DNA from: Vicugna vicugna
Taxonomy: Eukaryota
Assembly: GCA_013265495.1 (NCBI GenBank)
Contig: MU058451.1
Coordinates: forward strand, 2,723,305 to 2,787,304
Reading direction: 5' to 3'
Length of the DNA stretch: 64,000 nucleotides
The notes under the pieces were generated by a model, which was given only the letters and a program-made list of their open reading frames with translations, was not told the DNA's origin and made no database searches. Positions within the stretch are counted from its first letter, which is position 1, and every line of letters begins with the position of its first letter. The position numbers and the translations under genes were made by a program. Below, in pieces: positions 14,563 through 26,329 of the stretch.

Positions 14563-15714
14563 GCACTACTGTTTTCTTAATCATCAAGGCTTGAAATTTC
14601 AAGTGTCACTAGGTAGGCCTTTTCTGATCATATTTAATAATGAAACAGTAAACATTTAGGACAGGTTAGCTAAAATGCATTAACACATATCACTGTAAAT
14701 ACAAAGATCCAGATTATTTTCTAGTACTGAGAAATCTACCCAAAAAACCCGAAGAAGAGATTAGTAAGATATAACTAAATATTACTTTGGAACTGGATAT
14801 ATAGGGTTGACTAACTTCTGACTACAAACTATTGCCTAATTATATTACAGAATTACCATAAGGTAATGAAAGTGCCATCTTCCACTTTGAATACATATAT
14901 ATGTGTGTGTACATATAAATATACATATGTAGGAATGGTAGATAGTTATTAGGTAAATCTCATACTTAAGTGAAAAAAGGACAGTCACTTAAAAATATTC
15001 GGGGATCAAAAAGGATATTTGGCGGTTTGAAAAAGAGGTCTTAAAACCAAAGGATTTCGGTTGTTTTCTACAGTGAAGGCGATGCAGAGTAGAAATGCTC
15101 GCACTAATAAATAACTCCATAGGTAAACTAAAAAGGTTTTAGTTCCAGAAGAGAAACTTAATGGCCACTGTACTTGACATGAGATACCTCCTTTGAAATG
15201 AGACTGGGAGGCAGACGCAGGGCAGCCCCAAACCATTAAGCCGGGCAGGATCACCCAACAAGTTGACCAGGAGGTAAACTTCTTGGAGACCTGCAGCTGG
15301 AAACAGCGAGGGCCCTCTCCTACGACTAGGGGCTCACTTCAAGAAAAGGACGAATCGGAGTGCACCCGGGGAAAGCAAAAAGGAAAAGCGACAAGGCTGC
15401 CATGCTTCCTAACTCCACCCTCCCCGCGCTTAGCCCCAAGAAGGCCCAATCTCGCAAGCCGCCGCCCCTCCTTCCACCCTTTTCTAAGCCCACCGAGCGG
15501 CGCCAGGAAAGGTCCGGCCACCCTCCTCTCCCCTCCCCCAAACCAGGAGCTGAAGAGGCCGGGAGAGGTGAAGAGCTTCCGTTCCTTCCCCGCCCAAATG
15601 GGAAGGGGTGGGAAGTGGGGTTGCGAGCGCGCCCAGTACGAGCCTCCCTCGTCCCCCCCTCCGCGAACCCGGAGCTCCGTTCCCACCCCAGCTCCATTCC
15701 CATCCCAGACTCAC

Positions 15715-15780
15715 TCGTCAGCCCCGCAGCCACCGCAGCCACCGCACCGGGTCCCAGGCGCACCGCTACAGCCCCTACAC
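15715..15780 (-). other. ELOC: ELOC non-coding 5' exon (5' boundary uncertain)
   Basis: Consensus donor GCTGACGA|GTGAGT at 15714-15709 inside the CpG island. Resembles the ELOC 5' UTR as I recall it. Confidence 0.7.
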
Positions 15781-15893
15781 CAGGGCCACCCCCCCACCCC
15801 CAGCTGCCTGCCGCCGTGGGTTCCGGGGCAGTGGGAGGGGAATCACTTCCGCTGGGTCACGGACGTTTTCTACGAAGCGCGGGAGATTAGTAC

Positions 15894-15945
15894 CTAGTGA
15901 GGCGGAGTCGCAGTGAGTCCGTCGCCTGCTGGCGTCTACAGGAAG
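15894..15945 (-). other. ELOC: Probable ELOC upstream non-coding first exon
   Basis: Donor CTAG|GTACTA at 15893. Pyrimidine-rich ETS/initiator-like CACTTCCTG at 15939-15947. Confidence 0.55.
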
Positions 15946-16709
15946 TGCGCAGCGCCCCCTCCCCTTTCCCTCAGGCCAGCCTGCGAGGGCGGCGGTCCCT
16001 GGCGAGTCTCAACCAATCCTATCCTGAGTCTTCTGATTCCCAGCATGCAGCGCCAACCCTGATCTGATTTCCTCCGGGACAGCATCCTCAAAGAGGTGGT
16101 GTGGGGGGGGTAGTTATGAAGCAGCACTGCATCCTGGGGTTTGTAGTTTCTATGGCGGGTACTGGGTACTGTCGTGTTTCGCTGAGGCAGCACTGCATCC
16201 TGGGATTTGTAGTTTCTCACCCTGAGCCTTAAGATCCTGGTAATTGGGGAGACTGTCCCTGCCTTTCGTTTTGGGGTACGCTTGGAGGTGGGAGAATATC
16301 TGTAGAGGGAAGACTGAAAAGTGGGAGTGCAGTTTCTATGCTAACAGGATCGTGCTGTTTATGAATGCCCTTCTGTCTTTTGTGAAAAGTTGCAGAGCTT
16401 GTTGAAGAGCATCTCAGTTGCTCGAGAAAGAGGCTGGCCTCATTTCCTCTGTTCCCGGTAACTTTAAGTGTTTACTGAAAACAACCCCCACCCCCCAACC
16501 TGGGGCCTTTCCTCCACCTCCCATCCCCCTTCTAGCCACCGGGTTGTTCAGGTGCTGGATTCTGAAATCATTCATAGAAATTCCTGCCACCAGTACTTAA
16601 TTCTCACACCATCTTTGTCTTTCCACGCCCCCTCTGTCCCCTCTTCCTCTCTCTCCCGCTCCCTCGCCGGCTCTTTCTCTCTCTCCCCACAATCTCCCTA
16701 TCCTCTTTT

Positions 16710-17177
16710 CAGATCTTACCTCCACTTAAGATGGGATTATGTCCTGATAAGCCCATCAAAGTTGAAAATATTAAGTAGAAATGCATTTAATAGACTAACC
16801 TACTCAACATAGTTTAGCCTTAGCCTACTTAGAACGTGCTCAGAACCCTTAACACTAGACTGCAGTTGGGCAAGAATCAACTAACACGAAGCTTATTTTA
16901 TAATGCAGTGTAGATTATCTTGTGTAATTTATTGATTACTGCACTGAAAGTGAAAAACATAATGGTCCTTCAGTGTATTGGTTGTTTCCCCTTCTGATTG
17001 ACTGGCTGAATGGGAGCTTCAACATTGGGAGAGAGTCTCATACTGCATATTGGTAGCCCAGGAAAAGATCAAAATTCAAAATTGTGTAGGGTTTCCATTG
17101 AATGTGTATAGCTTTCCCATTATGGTAAAGTCAAAAAATTGTTAAGTCAAGCCATCCTAAGTCGGAACTGCCTTTAC
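16710..17177 (+). mobile_element. TcMar-Tigger MITE (MER47-like)
   Basis: Degenerate inverted termini cagat...ccacttaagatggg / ccatcctaagtcggaactg; internal cctacttagaacgtgctcagaac. Confidence 0.75.
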
Positions 17178-18726
17178 TTGCTTTCAAATGCTGAAATTCA
17201 GGCACTCTTCCAGGAAGGGTGAAACAGCTAAATAAAGTTCACCCTCTGTTTACCGGGCTGTGGCACGAAAGGAATGTAAGGCCAAGACTCTCACCGCTGC
17301 AAGTTGCTCAACTAGGACTGTTGTGTAACAACAGTCCACAAAAGGAAAACAGATACAGGCGATACAAAGTTTGACTTAATTAATGACTTTTGCCTGATAG
17401 ATATTTTTAGTTGATTTGGCATATAAAAGGTATTACTTTTTACAGATTGTCCTGGGTTAATTTTTCAAAGCCTCTGCAAAAAATTTAAACAAAACCTTTT
17501 GGTTATAATAGCTCAGAATAAATTTTGGTGGAGAGGAGAGGCAATGGGGTGAAAAGAGGCGGCGGTGGGCTCATTTTCAACTTCCCCCTTTCCTTGTTGC
17601 ATTATCACCTTCTAAAAGGATCACTATGTTAGTTGCCTAGAGGATGATAGAATTTTCCAGGTGAAGATATCGAGGTTAGCTGATGCCAGATTTAGGGCTA
17701 GAATCTAGTTGAGGACTATTATTTTCTTTTGTGCAAATTTTTATTTAAAAATTTTATTTATTTATGTAATCAATATAATACATGCTTATAAAATGCAGAA
17801 ATTACAGATAACTTTGTTTTTCTATGCACTTTTACATAGATCATACTGTGTATATCGTTCTTTATACTATTTATTTTCCAACTTAACAAACCTCAATAAC
17901 CCACACCTCTGTAACCAAAATCTCAAGAAGCATCATTTTTAATGTCTGTGTAGAATTACATTGTTCAACTGTACCATGATTCACTTAAGTATTTCCTTAA
18001 ATCTTGGATATTGACTTTATTACCATTTTAAAATCATTATAAGTAATACTGTGTTCAGTATCTACAGAAATCTTTGACCATGTTTCTGTTTCTTTAGAAT
18101 ATGAACATTTTTAAAGATCTTGTTATCTATTAACAAATTCTTTTCCCAAAAGATTCTCCTAGTATTTGCTCCAAACCAGTAATGTGTGAAGAAGATTTAG
18201 TGTTCTTATCAAAATAGTACCTCTACCAAAAAATTTCTTTTCTTTTTTTCCATCATGCCATTATGACCTTAAGCTCAACTTAATGGAGGGAAAGGGGACT
18301 AGTGGATTGGGAGGGAAGACAACTAAAAAACAAAAATTACATACAGTAATGGTGTCCATATATTCTACAAGTGATACCCAGTTTCATTTTCGCCATCAGC
18401 CTCCATCTTTAAAGGGAAATTCCTAGATGATGTGAATGGGGAATCAAGGTTTAATTTATAAACAGCCTTAGTATCATTCTAAAATCCCATTCAAGTAGTT
18501 TATATTCAACAAATGTCTCTAAATTACTAGAACTACGAAATCTATTTAACCATGAATAACAATTCCATATAGATCAATAGCACAGAGTTTTCAGAATGAG
18601 ATCTCATTTTAGCTATTTAGAAACCTTGATAAGTAGACCAAATGTTAATATTTTCATTTGCTTTCAGTTTCCATAGGAAGAAACCAAGCTGAACAGAAGA
18701 TAAAAATTCAGATTCTCTCAACATAT

Positions 18727-19067
18727 TGTAGAAGTAATCATACAAGGAGGCCATTAGACTGAGATGGCTCTGATGCCTTGGTAAAGCAACCAAACCCTAA
18801 GCTGGACTTAATTCCTGTAAACGCCTCCAGGGTAGGAACAACTAACCACAAACAACCAACTAGATTTTCTCAAATAATGCAACAGCATAAGCTATAACCA
18901 ATCAAATAATATACTTGTTTTGCATGTGCATCTTCTCTATAAAAACCTTGCCCTAGATCTTGTCAGTGGAGTACTCCTAACCACTCCCAGTTTGGTGCCT
19001 GATTCGAATAAATTTTTGCTCAAATGAACTAAAAATTTTTAACATGCCTCACTTTATGTTTTTAAAA
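18727..19067 (+). mobile_element. ERV1-type solo LTR between the ELOC and TMEM70 promoters
   Basis: TG start, CCAAT, TATAAAA and AATAAA in LTR order; 4-bp TSD atat at 18723-18726 and 19068-19071. Confidence 0.7.
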
Positions 19068-19899
19068 ATATTAAAGGAAAACAGTTTACATGAACAGAAA
19101 AATTTAAATACATATCAGTATATAATAATGTATAATTTGTTTGTAATATGAATTATACTAAAACAAGAATTTTTAACAGTGGAAGATAACTTTAAGAAAT
19201 TGAAGTTATCCATAAAGAAGTAGCATAATTTTATCCTTCTGGATACTCAGAAAAAGACAGGATTTGGAGTTGCGATGGTAATACTATTTTAGACTATTAG
19301 TTTGCTCCTCTCCTGTGCAAATAACATTTTGAGTAAAAACATAATTCTGAAATAGTAAACAAAAGTGTGTCTTTACTAGTCGGGTGCTCATCCTTCAGAC
19401 TCAGCTGAACCTGAAGCCTCTGTACAGTATAAGGCGAAAAAAATTGTTGTTTCTTGGATTTCTGTAACATTTTGTAAGTTGGTATATTTCAGTTATACTA
19501 CAGCATTATATTTTAGCTTATTTTTAGGTGTTTCCTTCACTATGTAAGCACTGTGGATTTCCAATTTCATTCCTTACCTTTGTATCCGCTGCTTCCAACT
19601 TAGTCCTGGCAATAGGTGAGGCGCTCGATACCTCTTTAACGAATAATGAACGAATGCGTATATGAATCAGAATGTCTGAAGACAAATTTGACAACTATCA
19701 ACATTATATGAATGAATTCCCTTTATGTTCTACCAACCCATTGGTTGGATTAAATTAACCATTCATTTTTGTTCAAACGTAAAATGTATTATTCCTTGTG
19801 CCAATAGGTTAGAATGATTTTCCGCAAAGAAAATAGTTTTTCGGGGCCTAGAAGATGATGCCCAGGAGAATGAAAGATTTAACCCCGGCTTCCAGGCTT

Positions 19900-20680
19900 T
19901 GTGCTTCGCGCATGGCTTCTCCCCTCTGTCCTCCCACACTGTTACAAAGAGCTGCAGACTCAGACGAGAGCAAACGCGCGCGCTGGGCGTCTGCGGATCC
20001 CCGCAGCGATGCTCGGGAGGGGCTCAGAGCCTAAGCGGCAAGGAACGCACGCCCCTGGGCAGGTTGCGAGCGGGCTGCACATCTGCGCACGCGCGGGCGG
20101 CCTAGGCGGCCCGCCGGCCTTCTGGGGGCGGCGCGTGCGCCGCTCGTCCCGGCCGCGGTCTACTGAGGAGCGTCAGGGTGTCTCGCTACTGCCGCAGTGT
20201 GGTCCCTCGTTCCTTATCACGCGCGGGATGCTGCTCCTGGCGTTGGGCGGTCCGTGGGCGGCCGGACTGCGGCTCGCGGGGAAGAAGACGGCGCCGTGGG
20301 CGGCCACCGCGCTTCGAGGCCCCAGGGCGGCCCTCTCGTGGGCGGCCTCCTGTAGCGGCTTCTCGGGTCCGATTGGTGGCTGGGGCGCGGGGCTGCGGGG
20401 AGTCGCGCCGCTTCTCCCGCGTCCCGTGCGAGTGCAGGTCGGCCGTCCGAGGGCTTGCGGACTGGAGTAAGGGTAGGGGGCGGGAGTGGCATCCGGCCTG
20501 GGGAGCCCGTGCTCTCAGGCAGCTCCTCCTGGCCTGCCTGGCGCCTCTAGTGCGGAAGGAGCCTTTTGCGGGGCCCGCAGGGGGAGCAGGCCTCGGCCTT
20601 CGGAGCAGGCGGCTGGTCCTGGGGTGCACAGCACCCGAGAGTCCAGCGGTGCCCGCTGGAAAGTGGTTATTTTTTGGGCA
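19900..20680. promoter_or_regulatory. TMEM70 CpG-island promoter with NRF1-type motifs
   Basis: CpG-rich. TGCGCACGCGCG at 20084-20095 matches the NRF1 consensus; a second near-match lies at 20130-20141. Confidence 0.85.
20228..20437 (+). CDS. TMEM70: TMEM70 exon 1, mitochondrial targeting presequence (MLLLALGGPWAAGLRLAGKKTAPWAATALRGPRAALS...RPVRVQ)
   Basis: Arg/Ala/Leu-rich peptide with no acidic residues, similar to the TMEM70 N-terminus. 70 codons, donor CAG|GTCGGC. Confidence 0.92.
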
Positions 20681-21663
20681 GTTTCGGTCACTCTACAAGT
20701 GGTTGCAAATCCAGCAGGTTTGTGAGGAGTTGCTGATTTTCTTTTCTATCCTTGAGCGGAAGCTCGGAATGGTTAATTTGCGACGAAATTAGAGGCATCA
20801 CGTGGAGATTGACTCTGAAAGAACTCAGAGAACCTGATTTTGAATTTGTTATTTTTTTTTATTAAGTGGCTCTATTTTTAGGAATTACTTTGCTCCCTGG
20901 AAAAAGGGGGTGGACATGTTAATCCTTCTCATTTTAAATCTGAATAAATTGTCTTCTAATCCTGCCCCATAAAACATCAGGATTATCAAACGTGGTTGAA
21001 ATTTGAAAGAAAGGCCAACACAGGAATTGGAATCTAATTAAATGTCAGCATAAAGGAATTAGGGATTCCTTTTACATTTTGAAGAGTGTGTGTTGTGAAA
21101 GTCATTTTCAGAGGTTCGGGGAACTCTTCTTGTGAAATTTGAAGTAGGATTTCAAGTAAAATATTTTTTTTACGAGGAACAAGGGATGGATACAAGGCCT
21201 TTGAGGAAAGAGCCATTCTTTTTAAAAAATACTAGCTATAGTATAAATATTTTAGAAGTATTAAAAACGGTCAGGACTTCAAACAATCTGAACTTGCAGT
21301 GGTTTACTTAATTTTTTTTTGACGGTCAAGCGAGAGTGACGTGGAATAAAAGAAACTGTCCCATTAGCTTTTACTTGTTTAAAGCCAATTTATCTAAAAA
21401 GCTGCTAGCTGGGATGCAAACCTTGGTCTTCCAACTCCAGTTCAGCGCGTGTCCATTTGAGAATTAAGGAAACCCATTCTGTTACTCAGTTTTAATTTTT
21501 TTTTTTTTAGCTCTGTAAATTATTTGGGAGAATTCTTTAAATCACCCCATGTGATAAGTTCTCTTTTAGTCTTAATTATATTATTAAAAATAAAAAAAGT
21601 TAAAAGTTGATCTAAAATGCAATTTATTATGTAGTCACCGTATAATGGTCTCTGTTCTAATAG

Positions 21664-21769
21664 GTACCTGTTTGTTGGCATGGATGTGTTCGATGTTTAC
21701 AAACACAACATGAAAAAGCAGAAGATGGAAGGCTGATTTATACTGGGAATCTGGCCCGAACAGTATTTG
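21664..21769 (+). CDS. TMEM70: TMEM70 exon 2 ([36 protein letters not shown])
   Basis: Contains the [10 protein letters not shown] motif. Acceptor tctgttctaatag, donor G|GTGGGT, 106 nt. Confidence 0.96.
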
Positions 21770-23447
21770 GTGGGTAATCGGAAGTGAGGAAATTTCCCCC
21801 CCTTTTTTTTGCCTTTTATTGTAAAAAACGGTTATTAGCATGTAGCGTTTATTATTTTAGCACCTTGTAATTATAACACATAAGGAAAAAATACAATTTT
21901 TTTTCTTGTGGCCTGTTGAGAGAAGATTTAGAGGCTGAGACCTTTGCATTTTTAGGAGATTTTTATAAGGTTTTTTGAAGACTCTTATGACTGATCTTAT
22001 ACCTGGGCACTAAAGATTTCGTCACCTCTCGGGATGTTTAGTAACAAAACAACTGAAAGTGTCTATTTATGTAATGTTTGTGGATATCCAGAGAAAAAGT
22101 GTGGACGAGTACCTGTTAAGAATTATTTTGGGCAAGTTAGACACTTCTCTCTATTTTTAAGTTTGGCAGTTAAAATGAGTATGTAGTACCTTTATAATTC
22201 AAAAATATATTAATTTTATATTTTTAGGTCATTTTAGAGTTTTCAGCAAACATGTTTGTTTAGTGGCTTTTCCAGGTGGGAGGGAGTTATCATAGAGACT
22301 GTATACAATAGCTAATAAGTTTAATGCTCTTTCTTTAGATCGTAATTCAGTATTTAGTGTGGAATAATTCAGTAGGAAAGGTCAGAAGAATTTAGATATG
22401 TGATTTAGTCAAGTTCTGGAGGTTGTATTTCATTTTAATAATCCTTAAAAATAAGTATAACCTGAAATATCTGGAGGACTACTTTATAGTTAAGTTGGCC
22501 ACAAGATTTCAGCGCCCCATTTGTGTGTGTGTTTTTGATCATGTTGGTGTCAACTGATCGTCTAAAATTTACTCTGGAAATCTGTAAGTTCTCAGCTTTA
22601 TGGCATTAAAATAGACTGTGTTTAAAATACAATTTAAGCTATTTAAAACTTTCTGGGAGTAAGGGCTGATTATAATCACTATTCAGTGGAGTTCTGAAGT
22701 TACTGGAATAATCATTCTTGGATGGTAGAAATTTCTTCAGGAGTCAATACACAAGTGGCCATTGAGCCTGAGTCACACCTCTGGCTTGGGATACCTGGAC
22801 TGATGTTACTGAGATGTGTTAACAGTGACCCTCATTGTTCCCTTTCTGAACACAGACACCATTCCTTCAGACGAAGGGAAGGCTTATTTGTTTCACGTTT
22901 CCACTTGACTTCATGCTGGAAAGAAGAGAATGTAAATAGGAACTAATTTTGGTGTGGGTAGGATGTAACGTTTGTGGAAGAGCATAGCTCTCCATGGTAT
23001 TCAGATGTCTAGAATTGTAACTTGTAGAATTAAATCTTTGAGTTCTTTCAATATTATGATAATAGAAAGTCGCTCTATGTATTTATCAGGGATTAATTTT
23101 TTTGTATGTAGAAAATGAGGGAGAAACATTTTTTCCATGTAAAACTGAGTGAGAGACCATTAACATAGAGGTACCGTTTCTGTAGATTCTTTAAACTACC
23201 AGATGGCTCCAGTTTAAGGACATTTGAAGGGCCTTTTAGTTGACAGTTCTTGTTAATTTTGCAACAAGTAATTACTCATGTCATGGTATTCCCATTTTAA
23301 GATGAGTAGAATTTGAATACAAAGAGGTGTGAGTGAAGGGCATCCCGGCTGTGGAAGTAGTATGAGCAAAGGCATCAAGATGGAAAAGCCCAGAATATGT
23401 TTAGAAAATAGCAATTACTTCAGTCCAAGCAAAATAAAGTGTGTGTG

Positions 23448-23885
23448 CGTATTAGTTTCCTAGGGCTCTTGTGTTAAATTTCCACCAACTTGGTGGCTTA
23501 AAACAGTAAAAATTCATTCTCATAGTTCTGAAGCCTGGAAGTCTGAAATCAAGGGGTTGGCACAGCTATGCTCTCTGAAGCCTCTAGGAAAGAATTCTTC
23601 CTTGCCTCTTCCAGCTTCTGGTGGCTCCCAACAGTCCTTTGTGTTCCTTGGCTTGTAGCTGCAGAACTCGTCTCTGCCTTCTGCTTCACACGGCCTTCTC
23701 TGTGTCTCTGTTTGTCCTGTTCTGTCCCTTTAAGGATATTCTCATTGAGTGTAGAGCCCACCCTAATCCAGTATGACCTTATCTCAACTTTTAGTTGTCT
23801 GCAAAGACCCTGTTTCCAAATAAGGTCGCATTCTGAGGTTCTGGCTGGACGTAAATTTGGGGAGGACACTATTTAACCCACTTCA
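23448..23885 (-). mobile_element. MaLR solo LTR (MLT1B/C-like) in TMEM70 intron 2
   Basis: tattagtttcctagggct...ggtggcttaaaacag...ggaggacactatttaaccca. Confidence 0.85.
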
Positions 23886-24049
23886 GTGTAGCAGAAGTAA
23901 TGGGGGAAAAAGAGGTAGTTGGACGGGCTGAGGAGGCTTTTCTATAGAAGGCAGCCTGGTCCCCATTTATCCCATGTGTACCACTGTTACAGCAAATACC
24001 TGTGGGAGGAAAGAAGGAATTACTTTTTAAATTGCTGATGCAAGAGAAT

Positions 24050-25230
24050 TAAGCCTTCAGCCAACAGCAGTGTATGAGAGTGTCTGCTTTGTTAATTGCC
24101 TCACCAACAGAGTATGATGTCAAACTTTTGGTTTTGCCAGTTTAGGGGAAAAACTCTCTCACTGGTTTTAATTGCATGTTTCTCATGATCGGGGTGTAGC
24201 ATCAGTTCATCTGTTGAAGTTCATTTTGTTTCCTCGGACTGTCTGCTTATATTCTCTTGCATGTTTGCATATTAGGTTGTTATCTTTTTCTTCACATACA
24301 CTAGAAACCTTTTATATATTGAGGATATTAACCCTTTGTGATGTAAGTTGCAAATATTTTTTCTCATTTGCCTCCTTTACTCTGTTTATGGTATTTATGT
24401 CCATGTATGTTTTAAAAATCAGATTTGTTAGTTTTTCCCCTTGATTGCCTCTGTATTTTGAGTCACAATTAGAAGAGTTTTCCCATTCTCAGGTTATAAG
24501 GGACTTCATGGATGTTTTCTTCTTATACCTCTCAGGATTATTTGGAATTTCCCTGATTTATAGTATGGGAAGTAGACTGAATTTTATCTTTTCCATTTGG
24601 CCATCCAGTTGTCCCAACACCACTAGTTTCAGAGTGTATCTTTATTTGATGCTAAATTTCCATATGCAGTTGGTTGGTTACTAAATTTTCCATTTTGTTC
24701 CATTAATCTGTTTACTTGTGCACCAGAACCACACTATATTAATTATAACTCTAGGTTTTAGTATCAACCCTTCCCTTTTTTTTTCCGCTTCCTTTGTTTT
24801 TCCAAATTTACTTTATAATCGACTTGTCTACTAGGATCTCAACTCATCTGTTTTCCAAACAGATGGTATTTGATCATGTTAAACGTACACATTCAAACTA
24901 AGAAAAGTTACATTTTTAAGTCATTTATTTATTGTGGTAAAATACACATAATGTAAAATACCATTTTGACCTTTTTAAAGTATATAGTCCAGAAGTCATT
25001 GACTTTTAATCTTTCTAATGTGATAGGTAAAAATATCTCACTTGAATGTCTTTCCTTGGTAAAGGAGTTGAATACCTTTCCTATATGTTTCTTAATCACT
25101 GGTGTTATTTTTTTTTTGGTAATTTGCTGTTTTAATCCCAGGCACCTTGATAAAGTTAGCCCCATATTTGAACATTTTGTGTTAGATCTGTGGAAGGGCT
25201 TGTTAATAGAGTTTTATTTCATAATCTGCT
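24050..25230 (-). mobile_element. Old L1 fragments
   Basis: Antisense L1 ORF2-like stretches, plus a small L1 3'-end insert flanked by aagtcatt (24918-24925, 24993-25000). Confidence 0.6.
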
Positions 25231-25339
25231 GACTGAACTAACTTTCATAGTATTCATAAGGATCTTTGAGTAATACTAAATCTTTTATTGGGAACTGAGG
25301 TAGAAGCCAGTCAGCCCGAAAGCAGATTTCTCACCTGGA

Positions 25340-25590
25340 GAGGCAGTGCATTTTAGTGGCCAGCAGCCTGGACTGTAGCATCAGATTGCCTGGGCTTGCA
25401 ACCCAACACAGCCACTAGGTAGTTCTGTGACATTGAGCAAGTGCCTCATTTTTCTCGTCTCTTAAATGGACAGATCATAATGATAATTACATCTCTCTCT
25501 CTATGGGACTTTTTTGTAGATTTTATGAATAAAACATGTGAAGTGCTTAAAGCAGAAACTGGAATATAATAAGCACTATATATGTGTTTT
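25340..25590 (+). mobile_element. MIR SINE
   Basis: ctgtgacattgagcaagtgcctcatttttctcgtctcttaaatgg, MIR core. Confidence 0.75.
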
Positions 25591-25708
25591 GATTTTGTTT
25601 GTTGTTGTTTTATTTGATGACGATATGGTAGAAAGATAGAAGAATTAATTGGATTGTTTCTTATATAAGTTGAAGGTACTAATTCTCGCCTATTTTCCCC
25701 CCATTTAG

Positions 25709-26166
25709 GTGTGAAATGTTTCTCTTACTCTACAAGTGTGATCAGCCTTGCATTTCTCCCGTACATTTTTGCACAAAATAATATTATATTTGGAAGTGTG
25801 CCTTTGCAAATCTTATTCTACGGCATCATAGGAAGCTTTACCGTGATCACTCCAGTACTACTTCACTTTATTACCAAAGGCTATGTCATTCGGTTGTACC
25901 ATGAGGCCACAACAGACACTTACAAAGCCATTACTTACAATGTGGTGCTTTTAGAAACAAGCACAGTGTTTCACCAAAATGATGTGAGGATTCCCAACAG
26001 TGCACATGTGTTTACCACATTTTATGCCAAAACAAAATCTTTGTTAGTTAATCCAGCACTCTTTCCAAACCCTGAAGACTATAACCATCTCATGGGTTAT
26101 GACAAACCGTTCACTTTTGATATGAAAGAAGCCACTGAAAAGAAACAGCTTAAAGAAGAGAAATGA
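25709..26166 (+). CDS. TMEM70: TMEM70 exon 3, two TM helices and C-terminal domain (VKCFSYSTS...EKKQLKEEK*)
   Basis: ORF track 25711..26166. Acceptor ttttccccccatttag; conserved stretch [31 protein letters not shown]. Confidence 0.98.
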
Positions 26167-26219
26167 GCCTGTTGTTTTTATGTTTGTGCTTAAATGTGAT
26201 GTATGTTCCAATGCATAAT

Positions 26220-26329
26220 AATAAAATTGCTTTTGCTTTTGATTTATGTTAGTGACTGTTAAAAAATAATCTGAAATTGTATCAAAAAGAACTTTAACTT
26301 TTCAGAGAATTATGTTCCTTTATAATAAA
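26220..26329 (+). promoter_or_regulatory. TMEM70 proximal poly(A) signals
   Basis: AATAAA at 26220-26225 followed by U-rich sequence, and a second at 26324-26329. Confidence 0.55.

Larger units (their letters stand above)
15280..16220. promoter_or_regulatory. ELOC CpG-island promoter with ETS (CACTTCCG), CCAAT and three ZNF143/SBS-type motifs
   Basis: High GC and CpG content. CCAAT at 16013-16017, TTCCCAGCATGCAGCGC at 16037-16053, and ACTACAAA(T/C)CCCAGGATGCA on the minus strand within 16121-16151 and 16187-16217. Confidence 0.85.
20228..26166 (+). other. TMEM70: TMEM70 gene span (start to stop), mitochondrial ATP synthase assembly factor, 257 aa
   Basis: Three exons, 210+106+458 = 774 nt, in an open frame. 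Confidence 0.96.

Noticed and set aside
15283..16220. Long overlapping ORFs (up to 204 aa) in the ELOC CpG island
   Set aside because: Stop-poor GC-rich DNA gives Pro/Gly/Arg-rich ORFs in all frames, with no recognisable protein.
20178..20792. 204-aa and antisense ORFs over TMEM70 exon 1
   Set aside because: CpG-island artefacts overlapping the true exon in other frames.
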